Below, piece after piece: positions 46,234 to 56,000 of a stretch of 57,373 bases of DNA. A program made the position numbers and the translations under genes. Position 1 is the first letter of the stretch. Each line of letters starts with the position of its first letter. The notes below the pieces were generated by a model that worked only from the letters and a program-made list of their open reading frames with translations, had not been told where the DNA came from and did not search any database. This DNA comes from Candidatus Nanopelagicaceae bacterium (GTDB lineage: Bacteria > Actinomycetota > Actinomycetes > Nanopelagicales > Nanopelagicaceae), in contig JALRKE010000002.1 of the NCBI GenBank assembly GCA_023254845.1, positions 1 to 57,373 on the forward strand. Reading direction: 5' to 3'.

Positions 46234-47783
46234 TGCGTCATGTACTAACACTCTTTCGCCGTTCACTTTTCCTTAAAGTCTTCTCACTTACCGCCGTTGT
46301 TTCGATGGCTTTGATTTACCTAGTTGGATCAAATCTTTATGGACGAATTACGACCGGAATATTCGAGGAAAAGATTGCTTCTGCAATCTCCGAAGGTAGA
46401 GCAGCAATTCAATACGCCGAATATCGATTCACAATTGGTGGTCTAAATCCAAAGGCTGACTATCGTGCCCTTGCCGAAGAGGTTGTTAAGTCTGCGAATG
46501 TGAGCGTTCAAGAATCAGGTCGTGAAGTAGTGTTGTTGAATTCGCGAGGTGTGAGAGCAGAATCTATACCTCCAGTTAACACCTCAAACTTTCTAGAACC
46601 CGAGTCAGTCCCAGAAACGCTACGGGAGAAGATCCGTTCCTCCGAAGATTTAGATTGGCAACGTGGAGATTTGAGATATGTAAATGGGACAGTTATCCCG
46701 GGGATCTTTGTGGGGAGAAACTTTGAGATTCCAAGAGCTGGCAAATATGAGATGTATGTTGCTTATGACTTCCAGGCACAGCAACGAAATATTGATCTAA
46801 TCGGAAGATCACTCTGGGTAACCGGCTTTCTTCTCCTTGCCCTAATTCTTCTAACTGCCTCAGTCGTACTCCGGATGGTCATTAAGCCGGTCCAAGTGGC
46901 AGCCGAGATTGCCGAATCTCTTACGACTGGCGATTTGAAGAATCGAATGAACGTAAAAGGCGAAGATGAGATTGCGCGATTGGGAGTGTCATTCAATCAG
47001 ATGGCAACTACTTTGGCCGAGCAGATTGCACGACTAGAGAATTTATCGAGAGTGCAACAGCGATTTGTATCCGATGTCTCGCACGAGCTTAGAACTCCTT
47101 TAACTACCATCCGCATGGCTTCTGATGTAATTCACGCGGCACGATCTAATTTTGATCCCACCGTAGCTAGAAGCGCCGAATTGCTTCTCTCTCAGATAGA
47201 GAAATTCGAACAGTTGCTTCAAGACCTATTAGAAGTAAGTCGCTTTGATGCCGAAGCCGCCATTCTCTCTTTGGATCGTATAGATATTGCTTCACTTGTT
47301 CAAAGGTGCAGTGAGGATCTCACGATGCTTGCAGAAGATAAGGGAACGACCCTGAAACTTCATGGTTTCCAAACTCCAGTATTTGTAGAAGCTGATCCGC
47401 GTCGAATTGAACGAATAATCCGTAACCTGATTACTAATGCAATTGATCATTCTGAATCACATCCCATTGATATAACAATCTCCGAGAACGAGAGCGCTAT
47501 TTCGGTTGGGGTACGGGATTACGGAGTTGGGCTATCTAGTCAGTATTGGAGTCGAGTATTTGATCGGTTCTGGCGAGCCGACCCCTCTCGTTCTCGCATA
47601 AGAGGTGGGACCGGTCTTGGACTTTCTATCGCAAAGGAGGATGCAAACCTTCATGGGGGAGAAATTCGTGTTTGGGGCGAGCTAGGAAAAGGCGCTCACT
47701 TTGTTCTCACGCTTCCTAAGAAATCTGGGGACCGGATTGAGAATTCACCGATAGTTGAGATTCCCACAGACATTAACAAATAA
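46233..47783 (+). CDS. mtrB: Sensor histidine kinase MtrB
   Basis: Two TM segments with an extracytoplasmic loop, a HAMP domain, H-box SHELRTPLT, and ATP-lid motifs DRFWRAD and GGTGLGLSIA. Confidence 0.88.
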   Translation: MRHVLTLFRRSLFLKVFSLTAVVSMALIYLVGSNLYGRITTGIFEEKIASAISEGRAAIQYAEYRFTIGGLNPKADYRALAEEVVKSANVSVQESGREVVLLNSRGVRAESIPPVNTSNFLEPESVPETLREKIRSSEDLDWQRGDLRYVNGTVIPGIFVGRNFEIPRAGKYEMYVAYDFQAQQRNIDLIGRSLWVTGFLLLALILLTASVVLRMVIKPVQVAAEIAESLTTGDLKNRMNVKGEDEIARLGVSFNQMATTLAEQIARLENLSRVQQRFVSDVSHELRTPLTTIRMASDVIHAARSNFDPTVARSAELLLSQIEKFEQLLQDLLEVSRFDAEAAILSLDRIDIASLVQRCSEDLTMLAEDKGTTLKLHGFQTPVFVEADPRRIERIIRNLITNAIDHSESHPIDITISENESAISVGVRDYGVGLSSQYWSRVFDRFWRADPSRSRIRGGTGLGLSIAKEDANLHGGEIRVWGELGKGAHFVLTLPKKSGDRIENSPIVEIPTDINK

Positions 47784-47819
47784 CGCTTTCGCAACTCATG
47801 ATGCCGACAGAATCTGAAG

Positions 47820-48512
47820 GTGCTTAACAAATACTTAGCTTCAATCTTCATGGGCCTTGAATCGCTTGTATTCGACAGTTCCTGCATCATCTGCGGAGAT
47901 CGAGAGTCAGAGTTCTGCGTTCGTTGCCGGCAAGATTGGCAAAGCAGTCCACAACGGATCAGCGGCGAGAGTTTTCCGGTCTACTCGAGTATTGCTTACA
48001 GCGAAACGGCGAAGGCGATTGTTTTGTCAGCAAAGGAAAATGGAGTGAAGTTCAGTCGTAGCCTTGTCGTATCAGAATTATGCGCCGCTATTAAAGCGCT
48101 AGTAAGAGAATCAAAATTAACTACAGAAATAGATCTAGTCCCAATTCCATCATCTCGCCAGGCTCGCGCCAGGCGAGGCTTTGATTTTATCTCTCAAATA
48201 ACTAATATTTTGGCTAAGAACTTAAATGAAGATGGCAAGCCAAGTAGATTCTTTGCTCGCCCAATACTTTCAATTAACAAACGGGTCGTAGATCAATCCG
48301 GATTATCTGAACCTCAGCGCAACGATAATCTCTTTGGTGCATTTAAAGTAGCGAAGCCTCTCAACTCAGCCGCTCCAATAATCATCGTTGATGATGTGAT
48401 TACCACGGGGAGCACCTTACGAGAGGCGGTCCGGGCGCTGAAAGAGAGGAATCTGACAGTCTTGGGGGCCGCCACCGCGTGCGCCACACAGCGAAGACTC
48501 CTAATACGATAG
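47820..48512 (+). CDS. comF: ComF-family phosphoribosyltransferase-like protein
   Basis: N-terminal Cys cluster CIICGD...CVRC and PRT motif IIIVDDVITTGSTL. Confidence 0.85.
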   Translation: MLNKYLASIFMGLESLVFDSSCIICGDRESEFCVRCRQDWQSSPQRISGESFPVYSSIAYSETAKAIVLSAKENGVKFSRSLVVSELCAAIKALVRESKLTTEIDLVPIPSSRQARARRGFDFISQITNILAKNLNEDGKPSRFFARPILSINKRVVDQSGLSEPQRNDNLFGAFKVAKPLNSAAPIIIVDDVITTGSTLREAVRALKERNLTVLGAATACATQRRLLIR

Positions 48513-48560
48513 CCCTCTATTCGAAGCCTTGAGATTCCAAAAAATTGGGAAGGTTGGTCT

Positions 48561-51239
48561 GTGGCAAAGATTCTCGACAAAATCCTGCGCGCCGGCGAAG
48601 GTAGAGCGGTCAAGCAGCTTGAGAAATTAGTTGTTCTTGTAAACGCTCAAGAGTCTCGATTTGCCAGCATGTCTGATCAAGAACTGCGTGGCATGACCGA
48701 AGAGTTTAAGAAGCGTTATGCCGATGGCGAATACTTGGATGATTTACTTCCTGAAGCCTTTGCGGTTGTAAGAGAAGCCTCGAAGCGCACTCTTGGACAG
48801 CGCCATTACGACGTTCAGTTAATGGGTGGAGCCGCGCTGCACCGGGGAAATATTGCAGAAATGAGAACTGGTGAAGGTAAGACCCTCGTTGCAACTCTTC
48901 CATCATATTTAAATGCGTTAACTGGTCAAGGTGTTCATATCGTTACTACAAATGATTACCTAGCAGAGCGCGATAGCGAGTGGATGGGTCGAATCCATAG
49001 ATTTCTAGGTCTAAAAGTCGGTGTGATTCTTGCATCAATGACACCACAAGAGCGTCGCGAAAACTATCTGGCGGACATCACCTACGGAACAAATAATGAG
49101 TTTGGTTTCGACTATCTCCGCGACAACATGGCGTGGTCGCTGAATGATTGCGTACAACGCGGTCATAACTTTGCCATCGTTGATGAAGTGGACTCGATTC
49201 TCATCGATGAAGCACGTACCCCGCTAATTATTAGCGGCCCGGCCGATAAAGCTACAAAGTGGTATGTTGAATTTGCCAACGTCGCCACACGACTAAATCG
49301 TGGCGAGCACTATGAAGTAGATGAGAAGAAGCGGACGGTAGGAATTGTTGATGCCGGCGTAACAAAAGTTGAAGAGCTCTTAAAGATCGAAAATCTTTAT
49401 GAATCGGTAAATACCCCACTAATTGGCTATCTAAATAATGCCCTGAAGGCGAAGGAGCTCTTCAAGCGTGATAAAGACTATGTGATTATGAGTGGAGAGT
49501 TGTTGATTGTCGATGAACATACCGGAAGAGTTTTGGCCGGCCGTCGCTACAGCGAAGGCCTCCACCAAGCACTTGAGGCAAAAGAGCGTGTTGAGATAAA
49601 GGATGAGAACCAAACTCTTGCCACAATCACGCTTCAGAACTACTTCCGTATGTACGAAAAGCTCTCTGGTATGACCGGTACTGCTATGACAGAAGCTGCA
49701 GAATTTATGCAGATCTATAAACTCGGTGTGATTCCGATTCCAACAAATAAATCAATGCAACGAATCGATCAATCTGATCTTATCTATAAGACCGAAGTAG
49801 CAAAATATGAAGCGGTCGCTAATGACATTACAGAGCGCCATCGCAAGGGTCAACCAGTTCTCGTAGGAACTGTAAGCGTCGAGAAATCTGAGTACCTCTC
49901 TCAAGTCTTGCGTCGACGTGGCGTTGCCCATGAAGTATTAAATGCAAAGCAACATGAACGTGAGGCTGCAATCATCGCTCGCGCTGGAACAATCGGAGCC
50001 GTCACAGTTGCAACAAATATGGCCGGTCGTGGTACCGACATCATGCTGGGTGGTAACCCAGAATTTATGGCTGATTTCGAACTTCAAAGAGATGGCATCT
50101 CTCCAGTCGACAATCGTGAAGAGTATGAGCGGCGCTGGCCAGATCAATTAAAGAAAGAGAAAGAAGCAGTAGCTCAGGAACACGAAAAAGTGGTGGCGCT
50201 GGGTGGACTTTATGTGCTTGGAACCGAACGCCATGAATCGCGGCGCATCGATAACCAGCTCCGTGGTCGCTCGGGTCGCCAGGGAGACCCCGGAGAATCG
50301 CGTTTCTATTTATCTCTTCAAGATGACCTGATGCGCCGCTTTAATTCCGGGTTAGTTGAGCGATTCTTAACCGCTGCAGGAATCCCAGAAGATACGCCAA
50401 TTGAATCAAAGATGGTCACAAACGCCATCAAGTCCGCCCAAACTCAAGTTGAATCCCAGAACTTTGAGATGCGTAAGAATGTTTTGAAGTATGACGATGT
50501 TATGAACCGTCAACGCGAAGTGATTTACGCAGAACGTCGAGAAGTCCTAGAAGGCGCAGATATCAAGGAACAAGTTGCCAAATTCACCGAGGACACAATC
50601 CGTGGCTATGTGCTTGCTGCGACCGCTGAGGGGTACCCAGAAGAGTGGGATCTCGAGAAACTCTGGACCGTTCTCAAAGCGATTTATCCAATCTCATTTA
50701 CAGCACAAGAGCTAGAGAATGAAGTCGGGGGTAGGACTGGGCTTGATCAAGAGTTCCTTGCTTTCAAGATTACCGAGGACATTTTCAAAGCATATGAAAC
50801 TCGAGAAGAGAATTTAGGAAGTGAAGTCCTCCGCGAACTTGAACGGAAGATTCTTCTTTCTGTCCTGGATCGTAAGTGGCGCGAGCATCTCTATGAGATG
50901 GATTACCTCCAAGAAGGTATTGGTCTGCGCGCTATGGCGCAACGCGATCCACTTGTTGAATACCAAAAAGAAGGCTACGACCTCTTCTCGGCCATGATTG
51001 AGGCCATGAAGGAAGAGGTAGTTGGCTTCCTATTCAATGTCGAAGTAAAGGTTGAAGACTCAAAAGTTGAAGCTAAGGGAGTAGCAGAATCAAAGCGCCA
51101 AGAAAACTTAAGCTATAGCGCTCCTTCTGAGTCTGGAACTACCGAGAAAGCAGCCGCAAACTCCGGGATATCACGAAATGCGCCTTGCCCTTGTGGCTCT
51201 GGCAAAAAGTACAAACGCTGCCACGGCGAATCAGAGTAA
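48561..51239 (+). CDS. secA: Preprotein translocase ATPase SecA
   Basis: Motifs [28 protein letters not shown] and [10 protein letters not shown], plus the C-terminal zinc motif [14 protein letters not shown]. Confidence 0.97.
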   Translation: MAKILDKILRAGEGRAVKQLEKLVVLVNAQESRFASMSDQELRGMTEEFKKRYADGEYLDDLLPEAFAVVREASKRTLGQRHYDVQLMGGAALHRGNIAEMRTGEGKTLVATLPSYLNALTGQGVHIVTTNDYLAERDSEWMGRIHRFLGLKVGVILASMTPQERRENYLADITYGTNNEFGFDYLRDNMAWSLNDCVQRGHNFAIVDEVDSILIDEARTPLIISGPADKATKWYVEFANVATRLNRGEHYEVDEKKRTVGIVDAGVTKVEELLKIENLYESVNTPLIGYLNNALKAKELFKRDKDYVIMSGELLIVDEHTGRVLAGRRYSEGLHQALEAKERVEIKDENQTLATITLQNYFRMYEKLSGMTGTAMTEAAEFMQIYKLGVIPIPTNKSMQRIDQSDLIYKTEVAKYEAVANDITERHRKGQPVLVGTVSVEKSEYLSQVLRRRGVAHEVLNAKQHEREAAIIARAGTIGAVTVATNMAGRGTDIMLGGNPEFMADFELQRDGISPVDNREEYERRWPDQLKKEKEAVAQEHEKVVALGGLYVLGTERHESRRIDNQLRGRSGRQGDPGESRFYLSLQDDLMRRFNSGLVERFLTAAGIPEDTPIESKMVTNAIKSAQTQVESQNFEMRKNVLKYDDVMNRQREVIYAERREVLEGADIKEQVAKFTEDTIRGYVLAATAEGYPEEWDLEKLWTVLKAIYPISFTAQELENEVGGRTGLDQEFLAFKITEDIFKAYETREENLGSEVLRELERKILLSVLDRKWREHLYEMDYLQEGIGLRAMAQRDPLVEYQKEGYDLFSAMIEAMKEEVVGFLFNVEVKVEDSKVEAKGVAESKRQENLSYSAPSESGTTEKAAANSGISRNAPCPCGSGKKYKRCHGESE

Positions 51240-51764
51240 TTCAAATTCAGTACAGAGCCATCTCCCATCTACTCCTTCAAACCTTGCGACTAGGGCTCTA
51301 ACTCGAGCTTTAAGAGTTAACGTTGCAGTTAGTTCGATAACGCCCTCTATTGGTTGGTTCCGATGAATCCTTCTTATCTTTGGAAGCTCACTCAAGGAGC
51401 CAGCACTTTTAAGAAGATTGTTGTAGATGAAGCGATGAGTGCTTCTTGAAATCTGAATTACTGGTCGATGGCCGGCGAGAATCTCTATTGCACTGATTAT
51501 GTAAGCCTGGGTCCATCTATCACCATTAGGTAACTGGGCAATGTTTGTGGGAACAGGCGAGAAATCTGGATCAAAATGCTCTCCATGTGTTGTCGGGACT
51601 AAATAAAGCTTTGTAGAACTAGCTTCTTCTCTCTGTAACGGTCCCTCATAAAACTCAAGGCCAACTGAAATTGCTACCGGTTTCTCTCTCATCCGGCGCA
51701 GAATTCCCTTTATCCGAGCGTAAATCGTCAACCGAAAGTATGAGATAAGAGGCCAGGGGTTCAT
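51231..51764 (-). CDS. Rv3235-family (DUF6459-like) protein
   Basis: The pattern [13 protein letters not shown]...[18 protein letters not shown]...[25 protein letters not shown] is characteristic of this family. It is convergent with secA (9-nt overlap). The start is uncertain. Confidence 0.7.
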   Translation of the reverse strand: MNPWPLISYFRLTIYARIKGILRRMREKPVAISVGLEFYEGPLQREEASSTKLYLVPTTHGEHFDPDFSPVPTNIAQLPNGDRWTQAYIISAIEILAGHRPVIQISRSTHRFIYNNLLKSAGSLSELPKIRRIHRNQPIEGVIELTATLTLKARVRALVARFEGVDGRWLCTEFELL

Positions 51765-51815
51765 TACTTGTGGATAAATATTTTCTATTGATTAGCAATC
51801 CACTATTCAAGGCCA

Positions 51816-52439
51816 GTGAATCTAAAACGGAGTGAAATTTCCCTCTATCTAACACCTCGATACATTCTTGGTCTTACCCTGATTCTTGCCTCGTTTACTT
51901 CTGCCTATTTGATTAGCAAAGCAAGCGATAAGACTTTCATGGTCTGGGCTGCAACCGTTGACCTTGCCCCAGGAGAAGTTCTTACCGACTCTGATCTAAC
52001 TAAGGTGAGGGTCCGGCTATTAGATAACTCAGAGCAATACCTAAGTTCAATGGCCCCAATCGCTGGAGCCTCGGTTCTACGCCCAATTGGTGCCGCAGAA
52101 CTGATTCCAAGTTTTGCAATTTCGAATGAATCGAACCCTAACCTTCAAGTAGTCCCGATCTCGATACCGAGAGAGTGGGCGCCTATTGAACTTAAAAGCG
52201 GAAGAGTCGTGGACGTTTATGGGATCCCTAATCGAGGCGTGGAATTTACAGGAGAATCTCGACTTCAAAGTCGCTTGATTTTGAGTGAAGTCGCTATCGA
52301 TAGCATCGATTCCTCCTCACGAGATCTGGGTGGGCGAATCGGAATCTCATTGCTTGTCCGAGAATTTGAAGTCCCAAAATTGATTTCGGCAATAAATAGC
52401 AATGACTTTCTCTTGGTACAAAGGGCGCTAACTAATTAG
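51816..52439 (+). CDS. SAF-domain protein (CpaB/RcpC-like) with N-terminal TM anchor
   Basis: TM segment YILGLTLILASFTSAYLI, followed by the SAF-like motif VWAATVDLAPGEVLTDSDL and a beta-clip-like C-terminal half. Confidence 0.7.
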   Translation: MNLKRSEISLYLTPRYILGLTLILASFTSAYLISKASDKTFMVWAATVDLAPGEVLTDSDLTKVRVRLLDNSEQYLSSMAPIAGASVLRPIGAAELIPSFAISNESNPNLQVVPISIPREWAPIELKSGRVVDVYGIPNRGVEFTGESRLQSRLILSEVAIDSIDSSSRDLGGRIGISLLVREFEVPKLISAINSNDFLLVQRALTN

Positions 52440-52449
52440 CGAAGCCCTT

Positions 52450-53445
52450 ATGAGAATTGGAATTATCACTTGGTTAGAAAGCGCAGAATTTGAAGATGTC
52501 GTCCTGCAGGCCCTACTTACCAAAGGAATTAGTCGAGTCGAATTAGAGTATCGGGCGCTCTCTATAGATTCTTTAGTTAAATTTCTCGAAAATAAAGCGC
52601 CAACGGACTCTAGATTTATTCTCATTCATGACTCAGATGAAATTACCTCAGATTTGGAGCGAGAGATGAGGCGATTTCCAGGCGCTATTCGAATGGCCAT
52701 CGAGCCCGTCATTGGTGATGTAACTGTGGAGATAGAGCGGGTTGTTAACCGAGCGCTACGCGAGTTTGAAACTACTCCAGTTCCTAGAAAATTAGTGGTG
52801 CGACAGAAAAATCTTGTTGTTGTAACTGGCAGTACCGGCGCTCCAGGCACCACAACTATTACTCTGAATCTTGGCAATGAGCTTGCTAGATCAAAAGTGG
52901 TAGAGCTGATTGATCTTCATCCAACTCGGAGGGATCTAGCCTTCCTATTAGGAGCAAAGCGGAGCAGCGAGAGCGTCCGTCTCTCAGAAACCCTTTCTAT
53001 TTCTGGCAAACTAAGTGAAGCTAGTAGCGCTATACAGCTTGTAGATGCTGGTCCGATTCCGAACCTAGAGAGCGCCTTCTCAGATAGACGAGCAGCGGCT
53101 CGAGGCTATGTGGATCTTTTGGAACGCGCCGAGACCATCATTTTTCTCATGACTCCGGATAACAATCACATGTTTGAACTCGAATCAATTCTCGCCTCAC
53201 TTGATGCCGGGCGAATCAAGGCACGAGCAATCTTCGTTCTGAACCAGATGGGAAATACTCGGCGAGAGCGTTCTATCCAGAAACGCTTCAGCGCCCGAGT
53301 AGGTAAGTATGAGTCAGAACTCCTGCCTATAGATAGAGATTCACTCGATCGCGCTAAGAGTGCCTACTCCGCGTTAATAGATGTTGCTCCACGTTCAAAG
53401 TTACGGAAATCAATCGGGGAAGTCGCAGGCCTTCTACTTGAGTAA
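52450..53445 (+). CDS. CpaE/TadZ-like MinD-superfamily protein with receiver-like N-domain and degenerate P-loop
   Basis: VVVTGSTGAPGTTTITLNLGNELA sits where CpaE/TadZ proteins carry KGGxGxTT. The N-terminal ~100 aa resemble a pseudo-receiver. It starts 10 nt after the SAF gene. Confidence 0.65.
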   Translation: MRIGIITWLESAEFEDVVLQALLTKGISRVELEYRALSIDSLVKFLENKAPTDSRFILIHDSDEITSDLEREMRRFPGAIRMAIEPVIGDVTVEIERVVNRALREFETTPVPRKLVVRQKNLVVVTGSTGAPGTTTITLNLGNELARSKVVELIDLHPTRRDLAFLLGAKRSSESVRLSETLSISGKLSEASSAIQLVDAGPIPNLESAFSDRRAAARGYVDLLERAETIIFLMTPDNNHMFELESILASLDAGRIKARAIFVLNQMGNTRRERSIQKRFSARVGKYESELLPIDRDSLDRAKSAYSALIDVAPRSKLRKSIGEVAGLLLE

Positions 53446-53454
53446 CCTTCCCTC

Positions 53455-54912
53455 ATGTCATTTAAGAATCTGCCGGGGGCATCCATGCTCACGAGCGAGC
53501 AGTTTGGTCGCCTCTCGGATTTAATCGCTGAATGGCAACTTCTCGCCGATCTCTCTTTCGCCGATTTAGTTCTTTGGATTCCTAAGCATGACGAGCAGGG
53601 ATTTATCGCAGTTGCACAGATAAGACCAATGACCGCCGCAACTGTCTTTGCTACCGACATCGTAGGAACGAGTGTTGCACTTGGAGAGCAACCCAATATA
53701 GAAAGCGCATTCGCAACAGGAAACATCTTTCGCGACCTAGAGCCAACTGCAATCGGTGAGTTCATAGTAAAAGAAGAGATCATTCCGGTTAAATTTGGCA
53801 GCAAATCGATTGCTGTGATTACTCGCCATAGAAATATTGAGACGATGCGAACACCATCAAGGTTGGAGCTAAATTACCGTGAGATTGCGAACCACATCTA
53901 TCGGATGGTTGCTGAAGGTAACTTTCCAGTTCAAGGAAGTGTCTATCGTTCTGAAACAGCTCCGAGAGCTGGAGATGGATTAGTTCGATTGGATGTTGAT
54001 GGTCGAATTACTTTTGCTAGTCCAAATGCGCGAAGTGCCTTCGGTCGAATTGGTTGGGTAAAAGATATGGATGGCCAACACTTCGGTGAGATTCTCGATA
54101 AACTTGCAGTACCAATTCGAGGGCGAGAGCCACGTGAAGAGAGTTGGCGGGTTGTCATGAGTGGCCGATCACTCAGGCGCGATGAGTTTGAGAACTCAGA
54201 TGGCGTGCTTGATCTCCTCGCTATTCCACTTACCGAATCTGAGATTCGAATCGGCGCAGTCGTCCTTGTTCATAACGTAACCGAGTTAAGGCGCCGTGAC
54301 CGCGCTCTAATAAGTAAGGATGCGACTATCCGAGAGATTCACCATCGGGTAAAGAACAATCTGCAAGCAGTTTCTGCCTTGCTTAGGCTTCAATCACGGC
54401 GGACCGAGGATGGCCAAGCGCGCTCTGCTATTGAAGAGGCGATAAGGCGAATCGCATCAATAGCCCATGTGCATGAAACTCTATCTACCAGCTCACAAGA
54501 TAGCGTCCAATTTGATGAAGTAGTGGTCAAATTACTTAATAGCGCGCTAGAACTAAGCCCCAGGCCAGCGGAGATAAAGATCAACAAAAGCGGCGACTTT
54601 GGCCTAGTTCCCTCACTTTTCGCCACGCCACTTGCTTTAGTCCTAACCGAGTTGATCCAGAACTCGCTCGAGCATGGATTAAATGAAAGGGGGAGCAAGC
54701 TAGAGATTCAAGTAATTAGAAGAGATAAGCGTTTCAAAATATCCGTTGTAGATGATGGCGCTGGACTCAGTTCTGATTTTGATCTAAACAAGAATTCCAG
54801 CCTTGGTCTTGAGATAGTCCGGACATTGACGGATAACGAACTATCAGGAGAGTTACGCTTTAATAGATTAAGCCCTGGGACTGAAGCTCAAATTGAATTT
54901 GAGCTCCAATAA
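53455..54912 (+). CDS. pdtaS: PdtaS-like GAF/PAS sensor histidine kinase (HisKA_2 type)
   Basis: H-box IREIHHRVKNNLQAVSALLRLQ and an HATPase_c domain with ELIQNSLEHG. It is convergent with whiB1, as Rv3220c/Rv3219 are. Confidence 0.85.
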   Translation: MSFKNLPGASMLTSEQFGRLSDLIAEWQLLADLSFADLVLWIPKHDEQGFIAVAQIRPMTAATVFATDIVGTSVALGEQPNIESAFATGNIFRDLEPTAIGEFIVKEEIIPVKFGSKSIAVITRHRNIETMRTPSRLELNYREIANHIYRMVAEGNFPVQGSVYRSETAPRAGDGLVRLDVDGRITFASPNARSAFGRIGWVKDMDGQHFGEILDKLAVPIRGREPREESWRVVMSGRSLRRDEFENSDGVLDLLAIPLTESEIRIGAVVLVHNVTELRRRDRALISKDATIREIHHRVKNNLQAVSALLRLQSRRTEDGQARSAIEEAIRRIASIAHVHETLSTSSQDSVQFDEVVVKLLNSALELSPRPAEIKINKSGDFGLVPSLFATPLALVLTELIQNSLEHGLNERGSKLEIQVIRRDKRFKISVVDDGAGLSSDFDLNKNSSLGLEIVRTLTDNELSGELRFNRLSPGTEAQIEFELQ

Positions 54913-54915
54913 AAA

Positions 54916-55188
54916 TTAAGAGATCTGGTTCTGATTCTCGAGCATTCTTGCACGATGACGTGCAGCGCGACGCTTCATAGCCCGACGTTCATCTTCCGAT
55001 AACCCACCCCAGACTCCAGAATCCTGTCCAGATTCAAGTGCCCATTGCAGACATGCCTCCCGGACATCGCACTTCACACAGACTTTTTTTGCCTCTTCGA
55101 TCTGCGCAATTGCTGGACCAGTATTTCCAACAGGGAAGAAAAGTTCTGGGTCGACGTGGCGACAGGCGGCGCGATGTCGCCAATCCAT
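54916..55188 (-). CDS. whiB1: WhiB-family Fe-S transcriptional regulator, WhiB1 type
   Basis: MDWRHRAACRHVDPELFFPVGNTGPAIAQIEEAKKVCVKCDVREACLQWALESGQDSGVWGGLSEDERRAMKRR is a close match to WhiB1. The start at MDWRH (55188) is preferred over 55209. Confidence 0.92.
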   Translation of the reverse strand: MDWRHRAACRHVDPELFFPVGNTGPAIAQIEEAKKVCVKCDVREACLQWALESGQDSGVWGGLSEDERRAMKRRAARHRARMLENQNQIS

Positions 55189-55285
55189 ATTCATATCCGC
55201 CGACATCAAATGACCTCTCTTCTAATAATGACCGCGCAGGAATAAGCCAGAACTAAATCGAGCTGTTCTTCCCGAGTGGGTGAGA

Positions 55286-55297
55286 AGAGAATTCTCT
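55286..55297. promoter_or_regulatory. Perfect 12-bp palindrome AGAGAATTCTCT upstream of whiB1 (candidate operator)
   Basis: The sequence is self-complementary and lies about 100 nt upstream of the whiB1 start, between whiB1 and tRNA-Arg. Confidence 0.25.
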
Positions 55298-55350
55298 CGC
55301 GTTATGCCTCGATACTCAATAGTCTCGAAAGGTGAGTTATCGCTCAGATG

Positions 55351-55422
55351 CGCCCCCGACAGGATTCGAACCTGTGCACCTGCCTCCGGAGGGCAGTGCT
55401 CTATCCCCTGAGCTACGGGGGC
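55351..55422 (-). tRNA. tRNA-Arg (anticodon CCG)
   Basis: The reverse complement GCCCCCGTAGCTCAGGGGATAGAGCACTGCCCTCCGGAGGCAGGTGCACAGGTTCGAATCCTGTCGGGGGCG folds as a cloverleaf. It has a 7-bp acceptor stem, anticodon loop CTCCGGA and T-loop TTCGAAT. CCA is not encoded. Confidence 0.93.
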
Positions 55423-55459
55423 TTTCGATAAGGCTATCAGTCTAATCTCATGCCAAAAT

Positions 55460-55999
55460 GTGCGGATGAGCGAGGTTTCTATTCAGAAAGCATATTTTGC
55501 AACTGGTTGCTTTTGGGGCGCAGAACGGCGCTTCTGGAATCTCGATGGCGTTGTTTCGACTTCTGTTGGTTACATGGGTGGCGCTAGACCAAATCCCTCT
55601 TACGAGCAGGTCTGCACGGGAACCACGAATCATGCCGAAACTGTCGAAGTAATTTTCGATCCCACAAAGATTGCTTATGAGCGGTTACTAGAAGAGTTTT
55701 GGACAATGCACGATCCAACTTCATTAAACCGTCAAGGAGGTGATATCGGCACTCAATATCGAAGCGCTATTTTCACCACTAATGACGAACAGATGATCAG
55801 CGCAGTAAATACTCGTGAGCTTTATAACGATGTACTGAAGTCCCAAGGTTTTGGTGAAGTAGTCACCGAGATTCAAGAAGCTGCGCCACACACTTATTGG
55901 CCGGCGGAGGAGTACCACCAGCGTTACCTCGAGAAGAACCCAAATGGTTATGACTGCCACTCATCGACTGGGGTTCCATTTCCGAAAGTGAAAAGCTGA
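55460..55999 (+). CDS. msrA: Peptide-methionine (S)-S-oxide reductase
   Basis: Motifs GCFWG and HDPTSLNRQGGDIGTQYRS. An alternative ATG lies at 55466. Confidence 0.93.
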   Translation: MRMSEVSIQKAYFATGCFWGAERRFWNLDGVVSTSVGYMGGARPNPSYEQVCTGTTNHAETVEVIFDPTKIAYERLLEEFWTMHDPTSLNRQGGDIGTQYRSAIFTTNDEQMISAVNTRELYNDVLKSQGFGEVVTEIQEAAPHTYWPAEEYHQRYLEKNPNGYDCHSSTGVPFPKVKS

Positions 56000-56000
56000 G

